DNA of 43,108 nt from positions 1 through 43,108 of the IMG/VR virus record IMGVR_UViG_3300002461_000252. One strand, written 5' to 3'. Of the stretch, positions 33,449 through 40,006 are shown one piece after another; the stretch's first letter is position 1, and every line of letters begins with the position of its first letter. Origin of the DNA: a virus. The position numbers and the translations under genes were made by a program. The notes under the pieces are model-generated. The model saw nothing but the letters and a program-made list of their open reading frames with translations. It did no database searches and was not told where the DNA came from.

Positions 33449-33612
33449 GCCGCCATCCTCCGCAGCGCCCGCTCCTGCTTCGCCATTTCAAGCGCGTATT
33501 CCAGCTTGCGCAGCCGTTCGCGCGCTTGATTGCGGTATTTCGGGTTGCAGGTGTCCAGCGCTATCTGCGCCTTGTCGCGGAGAATCGTTAACTTGCGAAT
33601 GTTGAAGGTCAT
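33445..33612 (-). CDS. small basic helical protein (55 aa), below the ORF-track cut-off
   Basis: ATGA overlaps at both ends. Translates to MTFNIRKLTILRDKAQIALDTCNPKYRNQARERLRKLEYALEMAKQERALRRMAA. Confidence 0.55.
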   Translation of the reverse strand: MTFNIRKLTILRDKAQIALDTCNPKYRNQARERLRKLEYALEMAKQERALRRMAA

Positions 33613-33926
33613 GCGCGCCCCCCGCTCAGTTCAAGCAGCACCCGCACGAACTCCGGGCTTGGGCTGCGAAGGAATAGCGGCGGCTCGGGCGGTGCGATCG
33701 CATCGAACAGCGCATCAAAGTCCGGCTCAAATTCGCGCCGGCATTCCAGCGGCGGGTTGACGATCGGCATGCTGCGCCGCCGCGCGTACTCGGAGAACGG
33801 CTCCGGGATGTAGTTGACGGCCACCGGGTCCGCAGGATGGGCTGTTGCGGGCCAGTGGCCGTCATCCGCAGCCATTGCTGGCTCCAGCGCGGATTCCTGA
33901 AAAGGGTTGGGAAGATCGATGGTCAT
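33609..33926 (-). CDS. Pro-rich hypothetical protein (105 aa)
   Basis: ATGA-coupled at both ends. Confidence 0.65.
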   Translation of the reverse strand: MTIDLPNPFQESALEPAMAADDGHWPATAHPADPVAVNYIPEPFSEYARRRSMPIVNPPLECRREFEPDFDALFDAIAPPEPPLFLRSPSPEFVRVLLELSGGRA

Positions 33927-34285
33927 GCTGCGCTCCCAAAAACAGGCTCAATCGTGACGCGAGTGCCTTCAATCGTCGGATTCCATGTGAGGCTGATCTG
34001 TCGGACAATCGAGCCGTCATCGGCTTCAATGATACGGTGCGAGACGAGAAGGTCCGTGGTTGCCTTCTCCAAATTCCCGAGGTCGCGCTTTCGGTTGTCG
34101 CGCCCTTCCTGGAATTCGTAGTGCAGGTTTACCGGCCCAACGTGTTTAGCGGGCCGCTGGCGCATCATTTCAACGCCGGCCTCCATGATCCATGCTTCGT
34201 ATTTCGGCGAACGGAAGCGGCCCCGCTTGCCGTTGACGAACAGGTTATTGGTCGATGGCGGAAATGGGAGGATGATGGGTTTCAT
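33923..34285 (-). CDS. rusA: RusA-family Holliday-junction resolvase
   Basis: MKPIILPFPPSTNNLF..GR..SPKYEAW...DLGNLEKATTDLL is the RusA pattern. The ATG at 34285 overlaps the upstream stop. Confidence 0.85.
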   Translation of the reverse strand: MKPIILPFPPSTNNLFVNGKRGRFRSPKYEAWIMEAGVEMMRQRPAKHVGPVNLHYEFQEGRDNRKRDLGNLEKATTDLLVSHRIIEADDGSIVRQISLTWNPTIEGTRVTIEPVFGSAA

Positions 34286-34473
34286 GCCGCAAAGTTTGTC
34301 CCGTGGTAGATGCGAGACTTGGCAACAGGCGTTCGAGCGTTGTTCCAACAAATCTCATGATGGTGCGGGCAATAGCTAGACTTGTCCTGCTTAGGGTCGC
34401 CGCAGAACAGAAATGGGCCATCGCCGGTAGGGTAACGGCATTCGTTATCTTCCAGATCAACGAGCGTCTTCAT
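34282..34473 (-). CDS. mini-GcrA: protein resembling only the C-terminal region of GcrA (63 aa)
   Basis: LVDLEDNECRYPTGDGPFLFCG....SSYCPHHH matches the C.WP.GD...F.FCG...YC..H block of GcrA. There is no N-terminal GcrA HTH. ATGA-coupled. Confidence 0.7.
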   Translation of the reverse strand: MKTLVDLEDNECRYPTGDGPFLFCGDPKQDKSSYCPHHHEICWNNARTPVAKSRIYHGTNFAA

Positions 34474-34976
34474 AGCATTGCCTCCACGTGGGCCACGTCG
34501 TAAGCGATTTTCCAATCCGCCAGGATACCAGCCTCAATCTTCCGCGCGCCGTGCAGCACCGTGGTATGATCCCGCCCGCCAAACTGACGGCCGATTTCCG
34601 GGAGCGAGCGCGTCGTAAGTTGTCGGGCTAGGTACATCGCCACGTGCCGGGGATAGACCACGTTCTTGGTGCGGCGCTCCGAGTTGAAGTTGACTTTAGT
34701 AATGTTGAAATGGCGACAGGCCGCGCGCCGGATATCGTCGATCCTGGGTTCGTCCCGAGTGACATCCATCTCCCCGATCACAGAAAACCAAATCTTCTTC
34801 GGTTCCGGATCGACCGTCGCTACCGCAACCTGGGGCGGGCTTGGCGCCACCACCACCTCGGCTGGAAGGGCTACGTTGAAATCGTGATGTGCCTGCATCG
34901 ATGCAAGCAATTTTGCTGATCCATTCCGGGCGCCTGCAATCTGCTGTGGGGCGCAATCGCTTATCAACTGCGGCAT
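34470..34976 (-). CDS. DnaA domain-IV (DNA-binding) protein lacking the AAA+ module
   Basis: YPRHVAMYLARQLTTRSLPEIGRQFGGRDHTTVLHGARKIE is a near-canonical DnaA C-terminal HTH. The N-terminal 90 aa are unrelated and have no Walker A. GGAGGGG SD. Confidence 0.9.
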   Translation of the reverse strand: MPQLISDCAPQQIAGARNGSAKLLASMQAHHDFNVALPAEVVVAPSPPQVAVATVDPEPKKIWFSVIGEMDVTRDEPRIDDIRRAACRHFNITKVNFNSERRTKNVVYPRHVAMYLARQLTTRSLPEIGRQFGGRDHTTVLHGARKIEAGILADWKIAYDVAHVEAML

Positions 34977-34985
34977 CAGCCCCTC

Positions 34986-35348
34986 CTATCTCTTATGTCG
35001 AGAACGGCTTTCGCCCATTCCAGAAGTTTGCGCCCGCAGGCCGTCAATATACGGCTGGTGAAAGTCAGCATCGCCCGTACTGTTAAGGCGAGCTTCGACC
35101 TGTGCGAGGAGGAGCTTTGCTTGCTGTAGTTCATTCCGCGCCGCTCTTTCGTTTTTGGTCCGAAGGGCTTCCTTGATCGCGTCGATCTCGTATTCCTCAA
35201 CCTTCCGGGCCTTGCAGTACCAAATATCAAAAGCCCGCCAGTAACCGAGCCCCGCAAGCCTTGATGCCCGGTCGATCGCGTTCTTTACGAACTCGCCGGA
35301 CGGTCGCGGCTCCGACAGGTTGCGAAGCATCACCGAAGCGTCAGACAT
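34986..35348 (-). CDS. hypothetical helical protein (120 aa)
   Basis: ATG at 35348 with a GGGAGGGG SD. The ORF-track N-terminal extension was rejected. Confidence 0.65.
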   Translation of the reverse strand: MSDASVMLRNLSEPRPSGEFVKNAIDRASRLAGLGYWRAFDIWYCKARKVEEYEIDAIKEALRTKNERAARNELQQAKLLLAQVEARLNSTGDADFHQPYIDGLRAQTSGMGESRSRHKR

Positions 35349-35418
35349 CAGCCCCTCCCAAGCATTTTGGGAGTGTTCTCGTTTCCCTCCCAAGCCAATG
35401 GGCAAATAAAAACAACAT
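35341..35418 (-). CDS. possible leader peptide (25 aa)
   Basis: AAGGAG lies 8 nt upstream of the ATG. The ORF runs through the repeated TTGGGAGG/CTCCCAA elements, and its TGA overlaps the start region of the next gene. Confidence 0.35.
   Translation of the reverse strand: MLFLFAHWLGRETRTLPKCLGGADV
35352..35395 (-). promoter_or_regulatory. SD / anti-SD / SD-copy triplet (mutually exclusive hairpins)
   Basis: The minus strand reads GCTTGGGAGGG-N13-CTCCCAA-AATGC-TTGGGAGGGG-CTG-ATG. The middle element can pair with either flanking copy, and the 3' copy is the SD. Confidence 0.5.
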
Positions 35419-35449
35419 GATTTTGCTCCTTGTTTTTTAAGGGTTGGAA

Positions 35450-35674
35450 ATGGACAAAGAAGAAGATTGCGGGGCCTGGCTGACGTTCTCGGAGATCGGA
35501 ATAAATGCCCGCATGCGAGATAAGCTCGAGCTGTTCGCAAAGAGATCGCCGACGCATGGGCCTGGATCGAAGGAGCTGCCGGCCGCCGTTGGGGTTGGAG
35601 GCGAAATTTCGGCGGCCGGCCTGCCGTCGGAGGATGCTACCCACGACGGAGAGGGATTGGTGAAACGTGCTTGA
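35450..35674 (+). CDS. possible opposite-strand ORF (74 aa) in a gap of the early operon
   Basis: The only non-Arg-rich reading of 35440..35680. No clear SD and no family recognised. Confidence 0.3.
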   Translation: MDKEEDCGAWLTFSEIGINARMRDKLELFAKRSPTHGPGSKELPAAVGVGGEISAAGLPSEDATHDGEGLVKRA

Positions 35675-35678
35675 CCTG

Positions 35679-35888
35679 TCATGGAAGCACCGGGGGAGAA
35701 GGAAGGGGCTGCCAATGGGTGCAGTCAGTGCGAAAGTGGCCCGACATTTCCAGCTTCCACTGCGAGCCGTTCCAAACGCCAAGCCGGATCGTCCCCCAAT
35801 TCTTTTTTGCATACGGGACGGGAGGCCAGTACAAAAGAACAAGCGTCCCGTCTTTCGGTGCCGTGCTGATATCTTGCCACTCACCCAT
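35679..35888 (-). CDS. DUF551-like phage protein (69 aa)
   Basis: The MGEWQDISTAPKDGTLVLLYWP N-terminus is typical of that family (recalled from memory). Confidence 0.7.
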   Translation of the reverse strand: MGEWQDISTAPKDGTLVLLYWPPVPYAKKNWGTIRLGVWNGSQWKLEMSGHFRTDCTHWQPLPSPPVLP

Positions 35889-35994
35889 GCGAGCCCCGTG
35901 AATTTGTGCCGGCCACGATCAGAAGCACCGCAGCGATCATGAAAAACGCCAGCAAATACGGGGTGACGGCGAAGATGATCGCGGAAATGGTCAT
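35881..35994 (-). CDS. small hydrophobic peptide (37 aa)
   Basis: MTISAIIFAVTPYLLAFFMIAAVLLIVAG. The ATG overlaps the upstream stop (ATGA), and there is an 8-nt overlap downstream. Confidence 0.45.
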   Translation of the reverse strand: MTISAIIFAVTPYLLAFFMIAAVLLIVAGTNSRGSHG

Positions 35995-36188
35995 GCCGCG
36001 CCCCACAGATTTGTGGTTCCAATGTGAACGCGATGAACGGATTGCGGCTGAAAAGTGGTCAATGCACAGAGCAAAATTGACCACCCACAAGGTTGCAATG
36101 TACGAAACCGGACGGTTGTGTTTTTATGCTCTTGCGCCTTGTGCGACAGGAGAACATCAAAACAATGAGCGAGATAATTGGCGGTCAT
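35991..36188 (-). CDS. hypothetical protein (65 aa)
   Basis: ATGA overlaps with the cro-like gene upstream and the 37-aa ORF downstream. Weak codon bias. Confidence 0.45.
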   Translation of the reverse strand: MTANYLAHCFDVLLSHKAQEHKNTTVRFRTLQPCGWSILLCALTTFQPQSVHRVHIGTTNLWGAA

Positions 36189-36418
36189 ACGCGAGCCTCA
36201 GCAGGAGCGCGCGCAGCCAAAATCATCAACTTTTCCGCATTCAAACCGGCGGCCAAGGCTCGCTCAGTTCCCAAAACGGAAGACCACCATTCGGCGGGGA
36301 TACTGTCTCTTTGCCCCCATTTGGTCACAGCCGGAACGCTGGCACCGATATCCGACGCCATGGATGACAATGAAGGCCAGAGGCCGATGACTTCGCGGAA
36401 AGAGGTGATTTCTGTCAT
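36185..36418 (-). CDS. Cro-like small DNA-binding protein, first gene of the minus-strand arm (77 aa)
   Basis: ASDIGASVPAVTKWGQRDSIPAEWW is an HTH-like block seen in YdaS/Cro-type proteins. Diverges from the cI-like gene across the operator region. Confidence 0.7.
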   Translation of the reverse strand: MTEITSFREVIGLWPSLSSMASDIGASVPAVTKWGQRDSIPAEWWSSVLGTERALAAGLNAEKLMILAARAPAEARV

Positions 36419-36430
36419 GTCACCTCGTAT

Positions 36431-36502
36431 AGGACAATCGGTCCTTAAATGCAAGGCCATTCTGTCCTTAGACGATAGACTTTCTTTAGGACATACTGTC
36501 CG
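36431..36502. promoter_or_regulatory. tripartite operator region (OR-like) with divergent promoters
   Basis: AGGAC-AATCG-GTCCT (36431-45), AGGCC-ATTCT-GTCCT (36454-68) and AGGAC-ATACT-GTCCg (36488-502). On the minus strand, TTGCAT-N17-TATACG (36454..36426) brackets the first site. Confidence 0.7.
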
Positions 36503-36503
36503 C

Positions 36504-36818
36504 ATGGCGGATGCAGAAACAGCTGCTCAACATAAACAAGGCTTTACGGCCCGCGTGAAGGCGGCCAGAACCGCTCGCGCGTTGAAGCAATGGGAACTCG
36601 CCGACGCACTCGGAATGACACAGGACCGATATAAGCAATATGAAACCCGGTCCTATCTGCCACCACATCTGATTGCCCGCTTTTGCCTGATTTGCAGGGT
36701 CAACCCGGAATGGCTCATGACCGGCAACGGCAAGATGGCTCCCCAGGAGCGCCAGGAGGCCGCCAGCGAGGCCCCGCCCCTTCAGGTCAGCAAAGCCCGC
36801 AAGAAGTCCGCCGCTTAG
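36504..36818 (+). CDS. XRE/cI-type HTH repressor (104 aa)
   Basis: FTARVKAARTARALKQWELADALGMTQDRYKQYETRSYLPPHLIARFCLICRVNPEWLMTG is a classic HTH_3 fold signature. Monocistronic and followed by a terminator. No SD before the ATG. Confidence 0.8.
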   Translation: MADAETAAQHKQGFTARVKAARTARALKQWELADALGMTQDRYKQYETRSYLPPHLIARFCLICRVNPEWLMTGNGKMAPQERQEAASEAPPLQVSKARKKSAA

Positions 36819-36864
36819 CCACAGTCCGCCTCTAGCCCTTTAACCATCGGCATAACCTTGATTC

Positions 36865-36893
36865 GCCCGGTTGCTCACGCAGCCGGGCTTTTT
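36865..36893 (+). terminator. intrinsic terminator after the repressor gene
   Basis: GCCCGG-TTGCTCACGCAG-CCGGGC-TTTTT. Confidence 0.75.
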
Positions 36894-36916
36894 CGTCCTA
36901 AAATTATTTTCGTTCT

Positions 36917-36960
36917 AAGGACAAATAGTCCTTGACGCTAAGGACGGAATGTCCTAGAAC
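36917..36960 (+). promoter_or_regulatory. PL-like promoter overlapped by two operators
   Basis: TTGACG (36932-37)-N17-TAGAAC (36955-60). AAGGAC-AAATA-GTCCTT (36917-33) overlaps the -35, and AGGAC-GGAAT-GTCCT (36941-55) fills the spacer. Confidence 0.65.
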
Positions 36961-36985
36961 TTGCTCATCAGAACGGAGCAAGCAG

Positions 36986-37135
36986 ATGGCCTACCAGATC
37001 GCAACCCACGAAGTTACCGGCGCCCTCTACGTCGTTTGCGTGGCCGACGGCCGGATCGTTCGGGTCTGCCGCGAGTGTGAGAGCCGCGCCGACGCCGATC
37101 AGCTTCTCCGTGATCTCGCTGGTTGGAGGTTCTGA
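36986..37135 (+). CDS. small protein (49 aa), first gene of the plus-strand early arm
   Basis: GGAG lies 9 nt upstream of the ATG. Contains CRECE. Confidence 0.55.
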   Translation: MAYQIATHEVTGALYVVCVADGRIVRVCRECESRADADQLLRDLAGWRF

Positions 37136-37362
37136 TGTCAATCGATTACGCCGAAGCCCTTCGCCTGATCCGCAAGCATATGCATCCGGGCGACACGCTC
37201 GGCATGATGTTCATGCGGGTTGCGAAAGCGCTGGAGGAAATTCCCGCCGTCACGGACTGGGAGGATGTCGAACAGCGCTCGAATGTAATTCCGTGGTGCG
37301 ATCCTTGCCAGAGCAATCATTGGGAATGCAATCCAGACTTAGACCAGCAAAGGGGTTTGTGA
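37135..37362 (+). CDS. hypothetical protein (75 aa)
   Basis: TGATG coupling. TGGAGG SD. Confidence 0.65.
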   Translation: MSIDYAEALRLIRKHMHPGDTLGMMFMRVAKALEEIPAVTDWEDVEQRSNVIPWCDPCQSNHWECNPDLDQQRGL

Positions 37363-37565
37363 TGAGCGTCAACCTTTGTGACAAGGGCTGCGGTCAACTC
37401 ACCGTGAACCCCGAAAACGAATACGGCGAGTTCATTTGCGCCGAATGCGAGCAGAGCGCCGCCGAGAGCGCTTACGAGCGCTACTGTGAGGATTTTCACG
37501 ACGGCGGATCAACAAGCTTCCGCTCGCTGCAAGACCAGCAAATCGAGGCGATGAAGCTCAAGTAA
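37362..37565 (+). CDS. small Cys-containing protein (67 aa)
   Basis: TGATG coupling. Contains CDKGC...CAEC. Confidence 0.6.
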   Translation: MSVNLCDKGCGQLTVNPENEYGEFICAECEQSAAESAYERYCEDFHDGGSTSFRSLQDQQIEAMKLK

Positions 37566-37604
37566 CCCTTCCCCAAGCAGCTACCAGATGGATGGAATAG
37601 CAAA

Positions 37605-38378
37605 ATGACCGAATGGCTCACCGACGCAAACGGCAACAAGTGCAGTGTTGAATACTTCGACACCAAAGAGGCCGCACAGGCGGCACTGGATAGCCTGAAG
37701 AATTGCGACGGTTGTATCAACTGCTCGGACTGCTCGGACTGCTCGGACTGCTCGCGCTGCTCGGACTGCTCGGGCTGCTCGGACTGCTCGGACTGCTCGG
37801 ACTGCTCGCGCTGCTCGGACTGCTTGGGCTGCTTGGGCTGCTCGCGCTGCTCGGGCTGCTCGGACTGCTCGCGCTGCTCGGACTGCTCGGGCTGCTCGCG
37901 CTGCTCGCGCTGCTCGGGCTGCTCGGGCTGCTCGCGCTGCTCGGGCTGCTCGGGCTGCTCGGGCTGCTCGGGCTGCTCGGGCTGCTTGGGCTGCTCGGGC
38001 TGCTCGCATGTCGCGAAGCTGTACAACAAGAAAAATTTGCAAGGCGACCCGGAAAAGGCGAGCGAACTCACCGGCTCGCCGCCGGTCCCGACCATACCAA
38101 ACATCCATCAGACGGTCTACGCCGCGGCTTCAAATCCGAAGGCGCTGAACATGAACAGTTGGCATACGTGCGACAACACGCATTGCTGGGCCGGATGGGT
38201 TGTCACCTTGGCTGGGCCGGAAGGCAAGGCGCTGGAATCATTCTTCGACACGCCTCTGGCCGCGATGAAAATTCTTGACGCCAGCTCACCGCATCGAGTT
38301 TCTCCGGTTCGTTTTTTTGAACAGAACGCCGATGCGCTGCGGCACATGAAGGCCATGGCTGATATCGAAGCCGCCTGA
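37605..38378 (+). CDS. protein with 34 consecutive Cys-x-x triplets flanked by unique N- and C-terminal domains (257 aa)
   Basis: Continuous ORF: 33 unique aa, then CDG-CIN-(CSD/CSR/CSG/CLG)x31-CSH, then 122 unique aa including WHTCDNTHCWAGW. Confidence 0.75.
   Translation: MTEWLTDANGNKCSVEYFDTKEAAQAALDSLKNCDGCINCSDCSDCSDCSRCSDCSGCSDCSDCSDCSRCSDCLGCLGCSRCSGCSDCSRCSDCSGCSRCSRCSGCSGCSRCSGCSGCSGCSGCSGCLGCSGCSHVAKLYNKKNLQGDPEKASELTGSPPVPTIPNIHQTVYAAASNPKALNMNSWHTCDNTHCWAGWVVTLAGPEGKALESFFDTPLAAMKILDASSPHRVSPVRFFEQNADALRHMKAMADIEAA
37722..38009 (+). repeat. 32 tandem copies of a 9-bp unit (TGCTCGGAC and variants)
   Basis: Units counted by hand: 288 bp in phase with the CDS. Variants are TGCTCGCGC, TGCTCGGGC, TGCTTGGGC and TGCTCGCAT. 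Confidence 0.95.
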
Positions 38379-38383
38379 ACCAC

Positions 38384-38402
38384 GGGGCTAGCCCCTCTTT
38401 TT
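38384..38402 (+). terminator. weak terminator-like palindrome after the repeat gene
   Basis: GGGGCTAGCCCC followed by TCTTTTT. The stem is short (4-5 bp). Confidence 0.3.
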
Positions 38403-38431
38403 AATCGCAAGCAAATAGACGGAGACCGGAA

Positions 38432-38671
38432 ATGCAGATCGAAACCCAATCAGGCCTGACCGTCTTCACCGGCACCGCCGCTGAAATAATTGAACTGCTG
38501 TGTGGCCCCCGCCCCGCTCCCCAGCATGACGAGCATATCAAGGGCTATCAGTGGGAACTGTATCTCCAGAGCGCGCGGGAAGCCGAGGCGCGCGTCAGGG
38601 CGGAAGTCCGGCTGATGATCGCCGAGAGGAACGCGCGGTACGAAACGGCTTACCGGCAAGCGGCGGAGTAA
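38432..38671 (+). CDS. hypothetical protein (79 aa)
   Basis: GGAGA SD. Confidence 0.65.
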   Translation: MQIETQSGLTVFTGTAAEIIELLCGPRPAPQHDEHIKGYQWELYLQSAREAEARVRAEVRLMIAERNARYETAYRQAAE

Positions 38672-38676
38672 CGGGA

Positions 38677-38973
38677 ATGGCATTTCGAGTTGGGCAGAAA
38701 GTGGTGTGTATCGTGGATGGCTGGCCTCCGATCCCCAGCGTTGTCTGGCCGTCCAAGGGCGGAATCTACACCGTGCGCGAGATGCTTGGTGTCGGCGAGG
38801 AGCCGAGCCTCCGTCTGTATGAAATACAAAACCCGATTGTGGAATACTCGAATGTAAGTCCACGGGAGGTAGCCTTTGTTATTTGGGCATTCCGCCCTCT
38901 AGTCGATAGCAAGACCGACATCAGCATATTCACTGCAATGCTGACCGACTCCAAGATCGGAGCGGACGCATGA
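38677..38973 (+). CDS. hypothetical protein (98 aa)
   Basis: ATG lies in the internal part of ORF 38551..38973 and starts 5 nt after the upstream stop. Confidence 0.6.
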   Translation: MAFRVGQKVVCIVDGWPPIPSVVWPSKGGIYTVREMLGVGEEPSLRLYEIQNPIVEYSNVSPREVAFVIWAFRPLVDSKTDISIFTAMLTDSKIGADA

Positions 38974-39068
38974 CCGTCCCCCTTCGCTTTCTCATAGAGG
39001 CCCTGATCTTCTGCATTGGCTTCGGCTCCCTTGTTTCTGTTCTGGCGGTGATCAGGAGTGTTCCATGA
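38970..39068 (+). CDS. small hydrophobic peptide (32 aa)
   Basis: ATGA overlaps at both ends. Translates to MTVPLRFLIEALIFCIGFGSLVSVLAVIRSVP. Confidence 0.45.
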   Translation: MTVPLRFLIEALIFCIGFGSLVSVLAVIRSVP

Positions 39069-39325
39069 GCGAATACGAGACCACCTTGGAAGCCGTTCGC
39101 GCTGAAATGGCTGGGCAGCCCGCCGAAGTTCAAATCGAATATCGGATTGACTGTATCGTTCGTGAGTTGGACGAACTTTGCGCCATGGCGAACAACGCCG
39201 AGACGGTCGATCTCGTTGACGCCCAGCGCATCGGGATAGGTCAGGTCATCTCCCGCGCGCAACTCATTCAATCGTTCCTTATGGCCCGCAAGCCTGCGCC
39301 GCCGCATATCCGGAGGGTGTCGTGA
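39065..39325 (+). CDS. hypothetical protein (86 aa)
   Basis: Coupled to both neighbours. Confidence 0.65.
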   Translation: MSEYETTLEAVRAEMAGQPAEVQIEYRIDCIVRELDELCAMANNAETVDLVDAQRIGIGQVISRAQLIQSFLMARKPAPPHIRRVS

Positions 39326-40005
39326 GCAACTACGAAACCGCACAAGACCTGTTTGACGCCCTCTGTATGCCGTTTGCTGCCGAGGAAATTGACTGGCGCG
39401 TAGGTTCCACCACGGCAGACAAAACCAAGGGCATGGCACTTGCCTACCTTGACGCCCGCGCCGTGATGGACCGCCTTGACGCCGTATGCGGCGCGGACGG
39501 TTGGCAATGCAACTACAGCCCGGCCCCTGGTGCCGCTCTGATCTGCAACATCGGCGTTCTGATGCCGAACGGGCAATGGGTTTGGAAGGCAGACGGCGCT
39601 GGCGCGACGGACGTTGAGGGCGAAAAGGGCATGATGTCCGATGCCCTGAAGCGAGCCGCCGTTCGGTTCGGCGTTGGTCGTTACCTTTATGAGACGGATT
39701 CGCCTTGGGTTGCTCTAGAGGCTGCTGGCCGCTCCTACAAGATCGTCGCGACGGAACGAAAGAAGCTGGACGAGGCACACGACAAGGCCGCGTCGAAAGT
39801 GGGTTGGGGCGGCCCTACTGCGGTTGCTTCCTATCGTTTTCTTCTGCGCGTCGTTCAGGAAACTGTTTCTCAGCCTAGCGACGCGGAAGCGTTCTTGGAG
39901 AAATACAAAAGCATGTTCCCGCTGCTCCGCGTCGGGATGAGGCGGCATCTCGAAAGCTACCTCGGCAATATCGGATCAACCTCGCACCAACAGGCGGCAG
40001 AATAG
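39322..40005 (+). CDS. Rad52/22-family single-strand annealing protein
   Basis: [22 protein letters not shown]...[19 protein letters not shown] are the conserved Rad52-type blocks. GTG start with a GGAGGG SD. Confidence 0.8.
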   Translation: MSNYETAQDLFDALCMPFAAEEIDWRVGSTTADKTKGMALAYLDARAVMDRLDAVCGADGWQCNYSPAPGAALICNIGVLMPNGQWVWKADGAGATDVEGEKGMMSDALKRAAVRFGVGRYLYETDSPWVALEAAGRSYKIVATERKKLDEAHDKAASKVGWGGPTAVASYRFLLRVVQETVSQPSDAEAFLEKYKSMFPLLRVGMRRHLESYLGNIGSTSHQQAAE

Positions 40006-40006
40006 C

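Noticed and set aside
35348-36022. 224-aa minus-strand ORF spanning the early region.
   Set aside because: Its Arg/Ser/Gly-rich composition is typical of an off-frame reading in GC-rich DNA. It also conflicts with the chain of ATGA-coupled small genes and the DUF551-like gene.
36093-36503. Long N-terminal extension of the repressor ORF (241 aa from 36093), or a start at ATG 36417, which has a GAGGTG upstream.
   Set aside because: It would overlap the whole cro-like gene on the other strand and place all three operators inside coding sequence. The HTH domain begins right after the ATG at 36504. GAGGTGA/TCACCTC is an inverted repeat that also serves the minus-strand start.
37722-38009. Possible CRISPR array, because of the many short direct repeats.
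   Set aside because: The units are 9 bp and directly abutting with no spacers. They lie in frame inside a CDS, and there are no cas genes.
37496-38278. ORFs 37496..38104(-), 37581..38108(-) and 37703..38278(+) across the 9-bp repeat. They translate as EQP/EQS repeats, ARA repeats and LLG repeats.
   Set aside because: They are open only because a 9-bp tandem repeat has no stops in any frame, and their non-repeat ends are short and unconvincing. Only the Cys-x-x frame links to substantial unique N- and C-terminal domains in the operon orientation. A collagen-like (Gly-Cys-Ser)n reading also fails, because the CSD and CSR units lack Gly.
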